From an uncultured bacterium (GTDB lineage Bacteria > Hydrothermota > UBA3073 > NMUJ01), in contig CBFDTI010000001.1 in NCBI GenBank assembly GCA_965612795.1, positions 37,895 through 101,894 on the forward strand: a DNA stretch of 64,000 nt. Reading direction: 5' to 3'. The notes under the pieces are model-generated. The model was given only the letters and a program-made list of their open reading frames with translations, was not told the origin of the DNA and did no database searches. Below, piece by piece: positions 18,341 to 28,598 of this stretch. Positions within the stretch are counted from its first letter, which is position 1. Each line of letters begins with the position of its first letter. A program made the translations under genes and the position numbers.

Positions 18341-19426
18341 CTAACTTCCTCTATAAAAGGGTAGTTTCACTATCTCCGCATTTACTCGTTTCCCTCTTAT
18401 ATCCACCTCCACTTTGGTTCCCACCCCATACGTTATATTGACGTATCCCATACCAATCCCGCATCCCAGTGTAGGCGAATATCCCCCACTCGTAATGTAT
18501 CCTATCTCCTCATCCCCGAAATATAAGAGCTGACCCTTCCTCGGTACGGCCTTAGCTTCTCTCACTATTATCCCTACTCTATGTCTTGTCATCTTCTCCT
18601 TCTTCAACCTCAAACTTTCCTTACCTATAAATTCACCTTTGTTGAGTTTCACAACCCATCCTAACTTTGCTTCCCAAGGTGTAGTGGTCTCATCAATATC
18701 ATTCCCATACAGTGGTAACCCAGCTTCTAACCTCAACATATCCCGTGCAATCAACCCACATACTGCCATATTGTACTTTTTACCCCTTTCTATCAACCTA
18801 TCCCATACCTTCACACTATCTTCCGATGATATGTAAATCTCCACCCCATCCTCTCCGGTATACCCTGTACGAGATACCATCACCCTCACATTGTCAATCT
18901 TACTTCTCGTCATTTCGAATCTACGAATCTGTGACACCTTCCCTTCCGTAAGCTCGTCCACCATTTCTATCGCTTTTGGCCCCTGTACCGCTATAAGTAC
19001 CGTTCTATCACTTATATCCTCCACCTGTACCTTAAATTTTCTGCTATTCTCCCTCACCCATTCATAATCTTTACTTATGTTTGCAGCATTGACCACCAAC
19101 ATAAACTCATCCCCTTCCAACCTGTATACGATTAGATCGTCTACAATACCACCTTCCGTATTACACATCATCGAATACTGTGCTGAAAATGGTTTCAGTT
19201 TACCCACGTCATTTACTGTGATATAGTTAACGAACTCAAACGCCCCCTTCCCTCTTATACTGAACTCACCCATGTGGGAAACATCAAACATTCCCACTTT
19301 CTCCCTAACTGATCGTACCTCTTCTATCACCCCACGATAATACATAGGCATGTAGAAGCCCGCAAACTCACCCATCTTCGCACCCAGCTCCACGTGCCTC
19401 TCATGGAGAGGCAACTGCTTCAGCAT
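18341..19426 (-). CDS. gcvT: glycine cleavage system aminomethyltransferase T
   Basis: FAG..MP..Y, FDVSHMGE, VNAAN, SRTGYTGEDG.E, ARD.LRLEAG..LYG. Confidence 0.95.
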   Translation of the reverse strand: MLKQLPLHERHVELGAKMGEFAGFYMPMYYRGVIEEVRSVREKVGMFDVSHMGEFSIRGKGAFEFVNYITVNDVGKLKPFSAQYSMMCNTEGGIVDDLIVYRLEGDEFMLVVNAANISKDYEWVRENSRKFKVQVEDISDRTVLIAVQGPKAIEMVDELTEGKVSQIRRFEMTRSKIDNVRVMVSRTGYTGEDGVEIYISSEDSVKVWDRLIERGKKYNMAVCGLIARDMLRLEAGLPLYGNDIDETTTPWEAKLGWVVKLNKGEFIGKESLRLKKEKMTRHRVGIIVREAKAVPRKGQLLYFGDEEIGYITSGGYSPTLGCGIGMGYVNITYGVGTKVEVDIRGKRVNAEIVKLPFYRGS

Positions 19427-20526
19427 TACTCTTCTGGTACGAATCTATCTTTGAGCTTCTCCATAACCTGCGGCAACGTTGTATACTCCATTTCGGCAAG
19501 CCCTAACCTATGTGGTTCAAACGGTCCATGTGCCCTCATATAGTTTGCGATAACGTTCGCCATACCGCGTGCCTCATCGAAACTCGGGTCATCAAACATA
19601 TCACGTGGCCCCACAAGCATCCCATCCTGCGTTATCTGTAAACCTGCTGCTATAACTCGTGGCGGGCCATCAAACCTTGATGGATTGGCTTGCTCAAATC
19701 CCACAGGCATAAGCGGTCCATGATGAGACCCTCTCATCCATCCTGCCACCAGGTGTGGATTCGTAAACGGCTCCAACACCTCACCCACTGCTGGGAAGCC
19801 ACTCTGTGTCCTCACTATAAGTACCGGATCATCTTTCCCCACATATCTACCAGCCATCATCGATAGCTTCTGAGTCGATGACACAGCTGCTATCTCGCCA
19901 TCCTTTCTGAAGACTCGCTTAATTATGTAATGCTCCATTGCCCCTATTAAAACAAGCATATCATATATCTCTTCAGGTGTATCAAACACTATTTTCTTGT
20001 GCTCATACACATCCAAGACTTCAAACTTAAACCCATTATGAAGTTTAGGATCTATCACCAATCCTGCCGTGTTGAACGGATCTGCAAAAATCTTATATAG
20101 GATGAAATTCCATGCCCCCGGTGATGTTTTATCCGCCATGAAAACAATCACAGGTTCGCTGGGTCTCACCTCAATTTCCATCTCCGCCACACCCGGTCCC
20201 ATACCTTTCACATTGCCTGAGAATGCTTCACTAAGTATATCCTGGCCTGCTCCGTATAAGCCCATCTTCTTCGCAATCTCCGTACATGCGGTAAATATAT
20301 CCCACGCTGTTTTGTGGATATCCGGGTTATCTTCACCCTTCGTATGTGTCATTATGAGTTCCAGATCATCTCCACAATGCAATACCCTATAATCTTTGAT
20401 GATTCCTCTCTCTTTTGCCTTACCTAATTCCTCCTTCGCCTCATCCATGAGTGCTGGATGCATAGAAGAGTGGCCAACATATCCACCGATATCCGCTTTT
20501 ATCACTGATAATGTAACCTTACCCAT
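19426..20526 (-). CDS. fbp: bifunctional fructose-1,6-bisphosphate aldolase/phosphatase (class V FBPase)
   Basis: SVIKADIGG, GDD, LYGAGQD, ADKT.PGAWN, DPFNTAGL, YVGKDDP, GWMRGSH, RFDGPPR, GPFEPHRL. Confidence 0.96.
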   Translation of the reverse strand: MGKVTLSVIKADIGGYVGHSSMHPALMDEAKEELGKAKERGIIKDYRVLHCGDDLELIMTHTKGEDNPDIHKTAWDIFTACTEIAKKMGLYGAGQDILSEAFSGNVKGMGPGVAEMEIEVRPSEPVIVFMADKTSPGAWNFILYKIFADPFNTAGLVIDPKLHNGFKFEVLDVYEHKKIVFDTPEEIYDMLVLIGAMEHYIIKRVFRKDGEIAAVSSTQKLSMMAGRYVGKDDPVLIVRTQSGFPAVGEVLEPFTNPHLVAGWMRGSHHGPLMPVGFEQANPSRFDGPPRVIAAGLQITQDGMLVGPRDMFDDPSFDEARGMANVIANYMRAHGPFEPHRLGLAEMEYTTLPQVMEKLKDRFVPEE

Positions 20527-20537
20527 TTTTTCCTCCT

Positions 20538-20831
20538 TTATTTAATCTCTGACACCATACTTATGGCGTCAAACGGGCACTCCACTGCACATATGCCACA
20601 TCCCTTGCAATACTCATAATCTATCACAAAACGCTCATTTTCTATCACAATAGCAGGTTCGGGACAGTACTTCCAACATATTCCACAGTTTTTACATTTT
20701 CCATAGTCGATCACGGGTCGCATCTGACGCCATGTCCCAGTTTTGTTAACTCGCATACTACTTAATGATACAGCCAACGGTGGCATATCTTCAACACCTG
20801 CCCATTCTATCTTCTTAGCTTCCTTTTTCAT
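20538..20831 (-). CDS. porD: 2-oxoacid:ferredoxin oxidoreductase delta subunit (2x4Fe-4S)
   Basis: TG.WR..RPVID..KC..C..C...CP and YCKGCGICA.ECP. Confidence 0.9.
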   Translation of the reverse strand: MKKEAKKIEWAGVEDMPPLAVSLSSMRVNKTGTWRQMRPVIDYGKCKNCGICWKYCPEPAIVIENERFVIDYEYCKGCGICAVECPFDAISMVSEIK

Positions 20832-21388
20832 CTTAACCTCTTCTTCATAATTTCATAAGCCTCTTCAGCTGCTTTCACATTTTCCTCTTTTTTGACGGGT
20901 GCAAGCTTATAGACTGCCTTAAGTATTGCCTCTTTCGACACTATACCCGACCACGCAGCGAATGCACCCACCATTGGTGTATTCACAATAGGTGCAGTTT
21001 TTGACCCCAACCCATACTTAACGGCTATACTTGTAGCGTCAATAGTTGCTATACTGTAGTTCACGTTTAGATTAAGTTCATCCGGTTCCCGTGGTGTATT
21101 GATAAGCACCTTACCACCATCTTTTAACCCTTCAAACACATTAACGCCACCTCCAATAAGTGTAGGATCAAGTACCACCACCATATCTGGGTGATATATT
21201 TTGCATCTTAAAAATATCTTACAGTCGTTCACCCTCAAAAACGTAGCCACCGGTCTACCTCTTCTTTCAACCCCATACTCCGGAAACGCCTGTGCAAACT
21301 TACCTTCGCTCACCAATGCATCCGCAAGTATCTTAGACGCTACCACTGTACCCTGACCACCCCTACCGTGCATCCTTATTTCTATCAT
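20828..21388 (-). CDS. 2-oxoacid:ferredoxin oxidoreductase gamma subunit
   Basis: EIR.HGRGGQG, AFPEYGVERRG.PV, N..MVGA. Confidence 0.92.
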   Translation of the reverse strand: MIEIRMHGRGGQGTVVASKILADALVSEGKFAQAFPEYGVERRGRPVATFLRVNDCKIFLRCKIYHPDMVVVLDPTLIGGGVNVFEGLKDGGKVLINTPREPDELNLNVNYSIATIDATSIAVKYGLGSKTAPIVNTPMVGAFAAWSGIVSKEAILKAVYKLAPVKKEENVKAAEEAYEIMKKRLR

Positions 21389-22521
21389 TTCGCCCTCTCC
21401 GCTAGTTCTATCGCCTTCATTGCACCCTCTTTCATAGATCGTACCGTGATAAGGTTTGCACTTTCGAGTATTTTCAATGCCTCATCCTCATTCGTCCCGG
21501 TCAACCTAACCACAATAGGCACATCCACACGCATCTTACCTAGTGTTTCCACTATCCCTTTTGCTACGTCATCGCATCGTGTTATTCCGCCAAAGATGTT
21601 AAACCATATCGCCTTAACATTTCTATCCTCGAGTAACAATTCCATAGCCTTCATCACCTTCTCAGGGCTCGAACTTCCACCAATATCCAAGAAATTAGCA
21701 GGTTTCCCCCCATATCGCTTTATTATATCCATAGTAGCCATAGCGAGCCCAGCCCCATTCACCACACACCCTATGTTGCCGTTCAATTTTATATAGCTCA
21801 GTCCATACTTTTTGGCTTCCCATTCCTTGACCTCATCTTCCTCTGGCTCACGCATAAGTTCCTGCCTCCTATACAGCCCATTGTCGTCAATTATAACTTT
21901 AGCATCACACGCATATATTTTACCCGTTGTATCAACTGCTAATGGGTTGATTTCCACAAGCGTAGCATCGTTCTCCTTGAATGCCCTGAATAAGTTCAAA
22001 TATATCCTTGTGGCTTGCTTTCTAAGTTCAGCTTCCTCAAATACCTTAAACGCCAGCTGCCTTGCCTGATATGGCATGAATTCGAACAGCCCCATATCGA
22101 TTGTCGTCCTATATATCTTGTCAGGTTTTTCTCTCGCTATCTCTTCGATATCTACACCACCTTCATCACTCGCCATAACTGTTATACTTTGACGTGCACG
22201 GTCCAACACCACCCCTATATAAGTCTCCTTTGCTATGTCGATTGCTCTTGCCACCAGTATCTTTTTGACTGTTATACCCTTGATCGACATCCCCAGTATA
22301 GCGTCAGCTTTCTCCCTAACTTCATCTATCGAATACGCAAGCTTCACCCCACCCGCCTTACCTCTACCACCTACTAACACCTGTGCTTTGATCACTACGG
22401 GTAACCCCACCTCTTTCGCTATCTCTACTGCTTCCTCTTTGGAAGTCACCACTTTACCTTCACCGAACGGTATCCCATATTTTTTTAGTAACTCTCTACT
22501 CAAATATTCCGGTAGTTTCAT
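21385..22521 (-). CDS. sucC: succinate--CoA ligase (ADP-forming) beta subunit
   Basis: KAQV..GGRGKAGGV, GG.DIEE, EINPL, VNGAGLAMATMD, PANFLDIGG, NIFGGITRCD, VRL.GTN. Confidence 0.95.
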   Translation of the reverse strand: MKLPEYLSRELLKKYGIPFGEGKVVTSKEEAVEIAKEVGLPVVIKAQVLVGGRGKAGGVKLAYSIDEVREKADAILGMSIKGITVKKILVARAIDIAKETYIGVVLDRARQSITVMASDEGGVDIEEIAREKPDKIYRTTIDMGLFEFMPYQARQLAFKVFEEAELRKQATRIYLNLFRAFKENDATLVEINPLAVDTTGKIYACDAKVIIDDNGLYRRQELMREPEEDEVKEWEAKKYGLSYIKLNGNIGCVVNGAGLAMATMDIIKRYGGKPANFLDIGGSSSPEKVMKAMELLLEDRNVKAIWFNIFGGITRCDDVAKGIVETLGKMRVDVPIVVRLTGTNEDEALKILESANLITVRSMKEGAMKAIELAERAK

Positions 22522-22529
22522 TTCTCATT

Positions 22530-22556
22530 AAAATACGTTTAACTTACGCCTGTCAA
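22530..22556 (-). promoter_or_regulatory. putative promoter TTGACA-N15-TATTTT, 8 nt before the sucC ATG (near-leaderless)
   Basis: -35 at 22556-22551 lies inside the end of tsaE; -10 at 22535-22530; no Shine-Dalgarno sequence. Confidence 0.5.
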
Positions 22557-22964
22557 CGGAACTACTTTCATCTCAATCACACGTTCGGCCTCACCAACTA
22601 TCTTCAGAAATATATCGATTCGTCCACCTGGCAAATATTCAGCCACCCTATCCGCCCATTCTATAACCACCACACCCGGTACTCTTAGGTAATCCCACAA
22701 CAGTGGGAAATCTACTTCTCCTCTATATAGATCTACGTGGAACACTTTAAACCTACATTCGTATTCTACCACCCATATGAATGATGGGCTCTTAACCTCT
22801 ACATCTGGACAGCCCGCACCTTTAATTATACCCCTTGCAAGCACAGTTTTACCTGATCCCAATTCCCCATACAGTGCTATGAGTTCGTCCCCTCTAAGTT
22901 TAAGTCCTACCTTCCTACCAAACTCCTCTGTCTCCTCTGGACTATGGGTTACGATCTTCATCAA
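22539..22964 (-). CDS. tsaE: tRNA threonylcarbamoyladenosine biosynthesis ATPase
   Basis: LYGELGSGKT, V.SPSF, HVDLYR, VIEWAD. Confidence 0.93.
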   Translation of the reverse strand: MMKIVTHSPEETEEFGRKVGLKLRGDELIALYGELGSGKTVLARGIIKGAGCPDVEVKSPSFIWVVEYECRFKVFHVDLYRGEVDFPLLWDYLRVPGVVVIEWADRVAEYLPGGRIDIFLKIVGEAERVIEMKVVPLTGVS

Positions 22965-24031
22965 TCATATTCGTGTGCGTCGATCTCACCCCGCAACACC
23001 CTCAGTACACCAGAAGCGAGTGCTTCCATTTCACGTTCACCAGGGTATACTTTAACTGGTGCGAGAAAGCCCACCCTTTCCCTGATTAAGTCAACAAAAT
23101 CCTGTTCATTTGCTAACCCTCCCGTAAGTATTATAGCGTCTATTTTACCTTTCAAAACGGCTGCACCCGCCGCTATCTCCTTAGCTATCTGATACGCCAT
23201 AGCTTCGTAGATAAGTTTCGCTTCATTATCACCAGCTTCTATTCTGCGTTTCACTTCTCTCAAATCATTTGTACCAAGGTATGCAACCATCCCCCCCTGC
23301 CCTACTATTCTCTTCCAAAGCTGTTCCCTGGTGTACTTGCCGGATAGAACAAGTTCGATCAACTGCCACACGGGTAGTGTACCCGTCCTTTCAGGCGTAA
23401 ATGGTCCCTCACCGTTCAGTGCATTATTAACATCCACAACCCTACCATCTTTGTGTATACCTACTGATATTCCACCTCCCATATGTGCCACTATGAATGC
23501 ACACTCTTCGTAATGTTTACCCAGCTCCTCTGCCGCAATACGTGCAACGTATTTCTGGTTTAGTGCATGAAATATACTTTTACGCTCGATCTCGGGCAAT
23601 CCTGACACCTTTGCGATAGGTTCCATTTCATCTACCACTACCGGATCTACAATATAGACGGGTATGTCATATGGTTGTCCTATCTCAACCCCTAAGATCG
23701 CACCCAGGTTAGATGCATGTGCACCATACTTCATGCTGCTGAGGTCATCCAACATCCGTCTGTTCACCCTGTATACGCCACTTGCGAGTGGCTTCAACAA
23801 CCCACCCCTTGCTGCTATTGCCGAAAGTTCTGCCTCACGTAATCCATGCCGATGCATGCTCTCAATTATGATCTCCTTACGCATAGGTAATTGTTCGATA
23901 AGGTTCGAATATTTACGTAACTCTTCGATGGGGTGATGTAACTTCTCTTCCCATACTTTACGTTCATCCTCAAAATACGCTATTTTCGTGGATACAGAAC
24001 CCGGATTTATCACCAATATCCCAAATCCCAT
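22961..24031 (-). CDS. buk: butyrate kinase
   Basis: INPGS.STK, RGGLL.P, HASNLG, DPVVVDE, HALNQK, HMGGGISV, GPFTPER.G, YPGE.E..ALA. Confidence 0.95.
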   Translation of the reverse strand: MGFGILVINPGSVSTKIAYFEDERKVWEEKLHHPIEELRKYSNLIEQLPMRKEIIIESMHRHGLREAELSAIAARGGLLKPLASGVYRVNRRMLDDLSSMKYGAHASNLGAILGVEIGQPYDIPVYIVDPVVVDEMEPIAKVSGLPEIERKSIFHALNQKYVARIAAEELGKHYEECAFIVAHMGGGISVGIHKDGRVVDVNNALNGEGPFTPERTGTLPVWQLIELVLSGKYTREQLWKRIVGQGGMVAYLGTNDLREVKRRIEAGDNEAKLIYEAMAYQIAKEIAAGAAVLKGKIDAIILTGGLANEQDFVDLIRERVGFLAPVKVYPGEREMEALASGVLRVLRGEIDAHEYD

Positions 24032-24040
24032 ATCATCTCC

Positions 24041-24538
24041 TTAAAACTTATACCCTATCTTACGTAGAAATTGCTTACGCTTAGCTATTTCCGTATCATC
24101 TTCCACACCTATTGGAGTAAATCCATCCACCACACCTAGCACTCCCCTACCTTGTCCTGTCCTCACCACAATAACTTCGAGCGGGTTGGCGGTTGCTGCA
24201 AAAATATGGCATATCTCCGGTACGCGCTTCAGGTGTGGCATTATATTTATTGGGTACGCATCTCTTATGATAAGCACAAAGGTATGACCTGCCCCTATCT
24301 TCCTGGCATTTTCCTTAGCAGCCTCTATCAATTCATCATCATTACCCGCATATCTTATAAGGCGTGCACCCGATGCTTCGTTAAATGCAAGCCCCCATTT
24401 TACACCAGGTACCGCGCCTACGACTGCCTCACCGATGTCCTCCACACTTTTGATAAAATGTGTTTGCCCCACGATTATATTGGCATCTTTTGGTATGTTC
24501 AACTTCACAACTTCGAGTTCCATCTTTTCCTCCTTCAT
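24041..24538 (-). CDS. adenosine-specific kinase family protein (DUF355)
   Basis: GQTHFIKSVED, FNEASG..L.R..GND, GHTF, A.PIN, VPE...IF.ATANP, GVVDG. Confidence 0.9.
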   Translation of the reverse strand: MKEEKMELEVVKLNIPKDANIIVGQTHFIKSVEDIGEAVVGAVPGVKWGLAFNEASGARLIRYAGNDDELIEAAKENARKIGAGHTFVLIIRDAYPINIMPHLKRVPEICHIFAATANPLEVIVVRTGQGRGVLGVVDGFTPIGVEDDTEIAKRKQFLRKIGYKF

Positions 24539-24609
24539 CTATTTAATTTCTTATAGATATCGATACCGTCAACATTTACCAAACTCAACCTCACCTTATA
24601 TTAATCACC

Positions 24610-25479
24610 ATGGCCATGGTGAAGATAAGGTTAGCATACCCTCATGATGCGGAACACATTACGCAGATACATCTGTCGGATGCACCTTCACAGGTTGTTG
24701 CAGCCACCGACCCATACACTCGTTGGTATCACGGGGGCCCTTGGATGCATCCACTTACTGCACGTAAGTATATCAAACGTGTCACCCATCGTGGTGGTAG
24801 AATCTTTCTTGCCGTTGATAAATACCCCATAGGGGAAGCGGACGTATGGGAGAGCCATGAATGGCACACCCGTATATTACATATCTCATTGTTATGGGTA
24901 CACTTAAAATATCGAAAGAGAGGAATTGGTAGCAGTTTGATGAATCACATAGTACAGTATGCAAGTCGAATAGGTGTAACTTACATAACTACCTGGCCAG
25001 AAGAGGCTGCACTAAGCTTTTACGACAAATGGGGGTTCAGATTACATTTACCTCAAACCTATGTAAAACTGCATGCCAAGAACTGGCACCTAAATTACGA
25101 GAGGATACCCTTCACCCCACGTAAATTACCCACCACGTTCACCCTGTTGCTAGGTAAAACCCAATGTTCACGTGAGCATTGGGAAATAGTACCCTGGGAG
25201 GCAAAGTTGCTCAATCGCTACAAAGCAACGCGTTTCTTCGCATTACGTGGAATCGTACATGGCCTTCCGTATTATCTCTACCTCATGAAATGGCCATGGG
25301 ACGACTACTATAGGGCTTATCTTTGGGTGAAAGAGAAAGATCCAATCTTTATACCTTTCATCCAACAACTCGCGCATGATAATGGATGGCACTACATCAC
25401 AACGGTGGTACCGAATGAGTTACTACCCCGCAATAACTATATAAAAATAAAACCCATTAACCTGTGGTATAGGGGATAA
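24610..25479 (+). CDS. GNAT-family N-acetyltransferase
   Basis: Acetyl-CoA motif V...YRKRGIGS and A..FY.K.GF; preceded by TTTACC-N16-TATATT ending 7 nt before the ATG. Confidence 0.8.
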   Translation: MAMVKIRLAYPHDAEHITQIHLSDAPSQVVAATDPYTRWYHGGPWMHPLTARKYIKRVTHRGGRIFLAVDKYPIGEADVWESHEWHTRILHISLLWVHLKYRKRGIGSSLMNHIVQYASRIGVTYITTWPEEAALSFYDKWGFRLHLPQTYVKLHAKNWHLNYERIPFTPRKLPTTFTLLLGKTQCSREHWEIVPWEAKLLNRYKATRFFALRGIVHGLPYYLYLMKWPWDDYYRAYLWVKEKDPIFIPFIQQLAHDNGWHYITTVVPNELLPRNNYIKIKPINLWYRG

Positions 25480-25497
25480 TCTTTAACCTACATATCA

Positions 25498-25524
25498 TTG
25501 ACACCCTACATTCTTTAGTAACTT
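25498..25524 (+). promoter_or_regulatory. putative promoter TTGACA-N15-TAACTT for hutU
   Basis: Exact -35; followed by a strong RBS (AGGAGGTG) before the ATG at 25551. Confidence 0.55.
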
Positions 25525-25550
25525 ATAAAGATAGAAAGATAGGAGGTGAC

Positions 25551-27257
25551 ATGAACTATAGACCCATACATGCACCTCGTGGTACTCAATTAAGTTGCAA
25601 ATCGTGGCCACTCGAAGCCCCCCTACGTATGTTGATGAATAACGTTGATCCCGACGTAGCAGAGATACCTGAGGAGCTCATCGTTTATGGAGGTGCCGGC
25701 AAAGCCGCCCGTAACTGGGAGTGTTTCTGGGCAATCGTTGAGAGTCTCAAGAATATGGACGAAGACGAAACCTTACTCGTACAATCCGGTAAACCGGTCG
25801 CCATATTCCGTACATCCACATGGGCACCAAGGGTGTTGATCGCTAACTCATTACTTGTACCTAACTGGGCAAATTGGGATCACTTTCGTAAACTTGAAGC
25901 TATGGGATTAATAATGTACGGTCAGATGACTGCCGGTAGCTGGATCTACATCGGTACCCAGGGCATAATACAAGGTACTTACGAGACGTTTGCTGCCGCT
26001 GCCAGCAAACACTTTGACGGTACACTTCGTGGCAAATTTGTACTCACCGCAGGTATGGGCGGTATGAGTGGTGCACAACCTCTTGCTATCACCATGAACG
26101 GCGGTGTTGCCCTCGTTGTAGAAGTAAACCCCGCACGTATCGAACGTCGTCTAAAACAGGGTTTTGTCGATACCATGGTATGGGATCTTGATGAAGCCTT
26201 AAAGCTTGTTGATAAATATGTAAAAGAGAAAAAACCTTATTCAATAGGGCTTGTAGGTAACGCATCCGACACACATCCAGAGCTTGTACGTCGTGGCATA
26301 ATACCGGATTTGTTGACGGATCAAACCTCTGCCCATGATACACTTAATGGCTACGTACCTGGTGGTATGACGTACGAGGAGGCGATCGACCTCCGTCACC
26401 GTGACCCCGATACCTATGTGAAACTCGCGTATGAATCAATCGCACGCCAAATGGAAGCTATGCTCGAGATGCAACGTCAAGGTGCAGTAGCTTTCGACTA
26501 CGGTAATAACATACGTGGACAAGCAGTTAAGGCAGGCATCAAAGACGCATTCAACATACCCGGCTTTGTACTCGAGTATATACGGCCACTATTTTGTGAA
26601 GGACGTGGCCCATTTAGGTGGGTAGCCTTATCCGGTGATCCCGAAGATATTTACCGTACAGATCGTGCTGTACTGGAGCTATTCCCCGAGAATGACATAC
26701 TTACGCGGTGGATCAAACTTGCCGAAGAGAAAGTCCCCTTCCAGGGGTTACCTGCACGTGTCTGCTGGTTAGGTTATGGTGAACGTGCTGAGTTTGGCTT
26801 ACGTATCAATCACATGGTACGTAAAGGTCAGCTCAAAGCCCCCATAGTGATAGGGCGTGACCATTTGGATACTGGGTCGGTTGCTTCCCCTTATCGTGAA
26901 ACTGAGCAGATGAAGGACGGTTCTGATGCGATAGCGGATTGGCCTATCCTTAACGCATTGCTGAATACTGCATCGGGTGCCACCTGGGTTTCAGTACACC
27001 ATGGTGGCGGTGTAGGTATAGGTTACTCCATACATGCAGGTCAGGTTATAGTAGCTGATGGCACAAAAGTGTCAGACCTCAAACTCGAACGTGTGCTCAC
27101 CAACGACCCAGGTATCGGTATCGCACGTCATGCAGATGCGGGCTATTCCAAAGCCATAGAGGTGGCACAATCCAAACAGATAAGAATACCGATGATAGAG
27201 TTTCGCTCCCAGCTACAAGAAATACTAGGTAAGGAGCAACCCACCAAAGTAAATTAA
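25551..27257 (+). CDS. hutU: urocanate hydratase
   Basis: [66 protein letters not shown]. Confidence 0.97.
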   Translation: MNYRPIHAPRGTQLSCKSWPLEAPLRMLMNNVDPDVAEIPEELIVYGGAGKAARNWECFWAIVESLKNMDEDETLLVQSGKPVAIFRTSTWAPRVLIANSLLVPNWANWDHFRKLEAMGLIMYGQMTAGSWIYIGTQGIIQGTYETFAAAASKHFDGTLRGKFVLTAGMGGMSGAQPLAITMNGGVALVVEVNPARIERRLKQGFVDTMVWDLDEALKLVDKYVKEKKPYSIGLVGNASDTHPELVRRGIIPDLLTDQTSAHDTLNGYVPGGMTYEEAIDLRHRDPDTYVKLAYESIARQMEAMLEMQRQGAVAFDYGNNIRGQAVKAGIKDAFNIPGFVLEYIRPLFCEGRGPFRWVALSGDPEDIYRTDRAVLELFPENDILTRWIKLAEEKVPFQGLPARVCWLGYGERAEFGLRINHMVRKGQLKAPIVIGRDHLDTGSVASPYRETEQMKDGSDAIADWPILNALLNTASGATWVSVHHGGGVGIGYSIHAGQVIVADGTKVSDLKLERVLTNDPGIGIARHADAGYSKAIEVAQSKQIRIPMIEFRSQLQEILGKEQPTKVN

Positions 27258-27275
27258 CGAGTAAAAGGAGTTTGC

Positions 27276-28598
27276 ATGGAGTATGTTGAAGCATTAAGGG
27301 ATAAAATTTTAAATCACTGTTCGAAAATCGGCATAATAGGGTTAGGTTATGTGGGGTTACCGCTTGCACGCGAATTCCTGAAGAAAGGGTTCAAGGTGCT
27401 CGGGTTCGATATTGACGAGGCTAAAGTTAACGCTATAAATGCAGGTCAAAGTTACATCAAACACATAGATTCTGACTTCATAAGCCACTACAGGGAGAAG
27501 GGATACCTGGAGGCAACAACCGACTTCACACGGTTAAAAGAGGCCGATCATATCTTAATCTGTGTACCAACCCCACTTGGTAAGCACAACGAACCTGACC
27601 TATCTTATGTATTGAACACCACCCGTACCATCAGCCATAACTTACGCCCGGGTCATCACATAGTACTGGAGAGTACGACCTATCCTGGTACAACAGAAGA
27701 GGAGATGCTACCCATACTTGAGGAATCAGGCCTAAAAGTAGGTAAGACGTTCTTTTTAGGGTATTCTCCCGAACGCGAGGATCCTGGCAATAAAGAGTAC
27801 ACCACATCCAATATACCCAAAGTTGTGAGCGGTGTCACTCCATCTTGTTTGGAAATTACAAAGTTACTCTACGATCAAATTGTTAAGGAGACTGTCCCTG
27901 TATCATCACCCCGTATAGCGGAGTCGACAAAACTGCTCGAAAACATCTACCGTGCAGTCAACATAGCACTTGTAAACGAGTTAAAGATCATATTTGATCG
28001 CATGGGTATCGACATATGGGAAGTTATCAAAGCAGCTTCTACGAAACCGTTTGGTTTCCACCCTTTCTATCCAGGGCCTGGGCTTGGTGGCCACTGTATA
28101 CCAATTGACCCATTTTATCTTACATGGAAAGCGCGTGAATACGGGCTCAACACCCACTTTATCGAGCTTGCAGGTGAAATTAATACCTCAATGCCATATT
28201 TTGTAGTGGATAAAGTCATCCACGCACTCAACCAGCATGGTAAATCATTAAAAGGTGCCAATATACTCATACTTGGGGTAGCTTACAAACCGGACGTGGA
28301 TGATATGCGTGAGAGTCCTGCACTTAAAATTATCGAAATACTGTGCGAACATGGTGCTATTGTGGATTATAACGACCCACATATACCTGAATTACCACCC
28401 ACCCGCAAGTATCGTTACAAAATGCGTTCTGTACCGCTTACTCCTGAGACGCTCAAAAAGTATGATGCTATCATCATAACAACAAATCATACCGCTTATG
28501 ATTATGGGATGATCGCACAGCATGCCAAATTGATAGTGGATACACGTAACGCGATGGACGGTATATCTGACCTACGTGCTAAACTTGTAAAGGCCTAA
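27276..28598 (+). CDS. UDP-N-acetyl-D-hexosamine 6-dehydrogenase (WbpA/WecC-like)
   Basis: GLGYVGLP, CVPTPL, LESTTYPGTT, SPEREDPG, GPGLGGHCIP.DP, D.RESP. Confidence 0.93.
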   Translation: MEYVEALRDKILNHCSKIGIIGLGYVGLPLAREFLKKGFKVLGFDIDEAKVNAINAGQSYIKHIDSDFISHYREKGYLEATTDFTRLKEADHILICVPTPLGKHNEPDLSYVLNTTRTISHNLRPGHHIVLESTTYPGTTEEEMLPILEESGLKVGKTFFLGYSPEREDPGNKEYTTSNIPKVVSGVTPSCLEITKLLYDQIVKETVPVSSPRIAESTKLLENIYRAVNIALVNELKIIFDRMGIDIWEVIKAASTKPFGFHPFYPGPGLGGHCIPIDPFYLTWKAREYGLNTHFIELAGEINTSMPYFVVDKVIHALNQHGKSLKGANILILGVAYKPDVDDMRESPALKIIEILCEHGAIVDYNDPHIPELPPTRKYRYKMRSVPLTPETLKKYDAIIITTNHTAYDYGMIAQHAKLIVDTRNAMDGISDLRAKLVKA

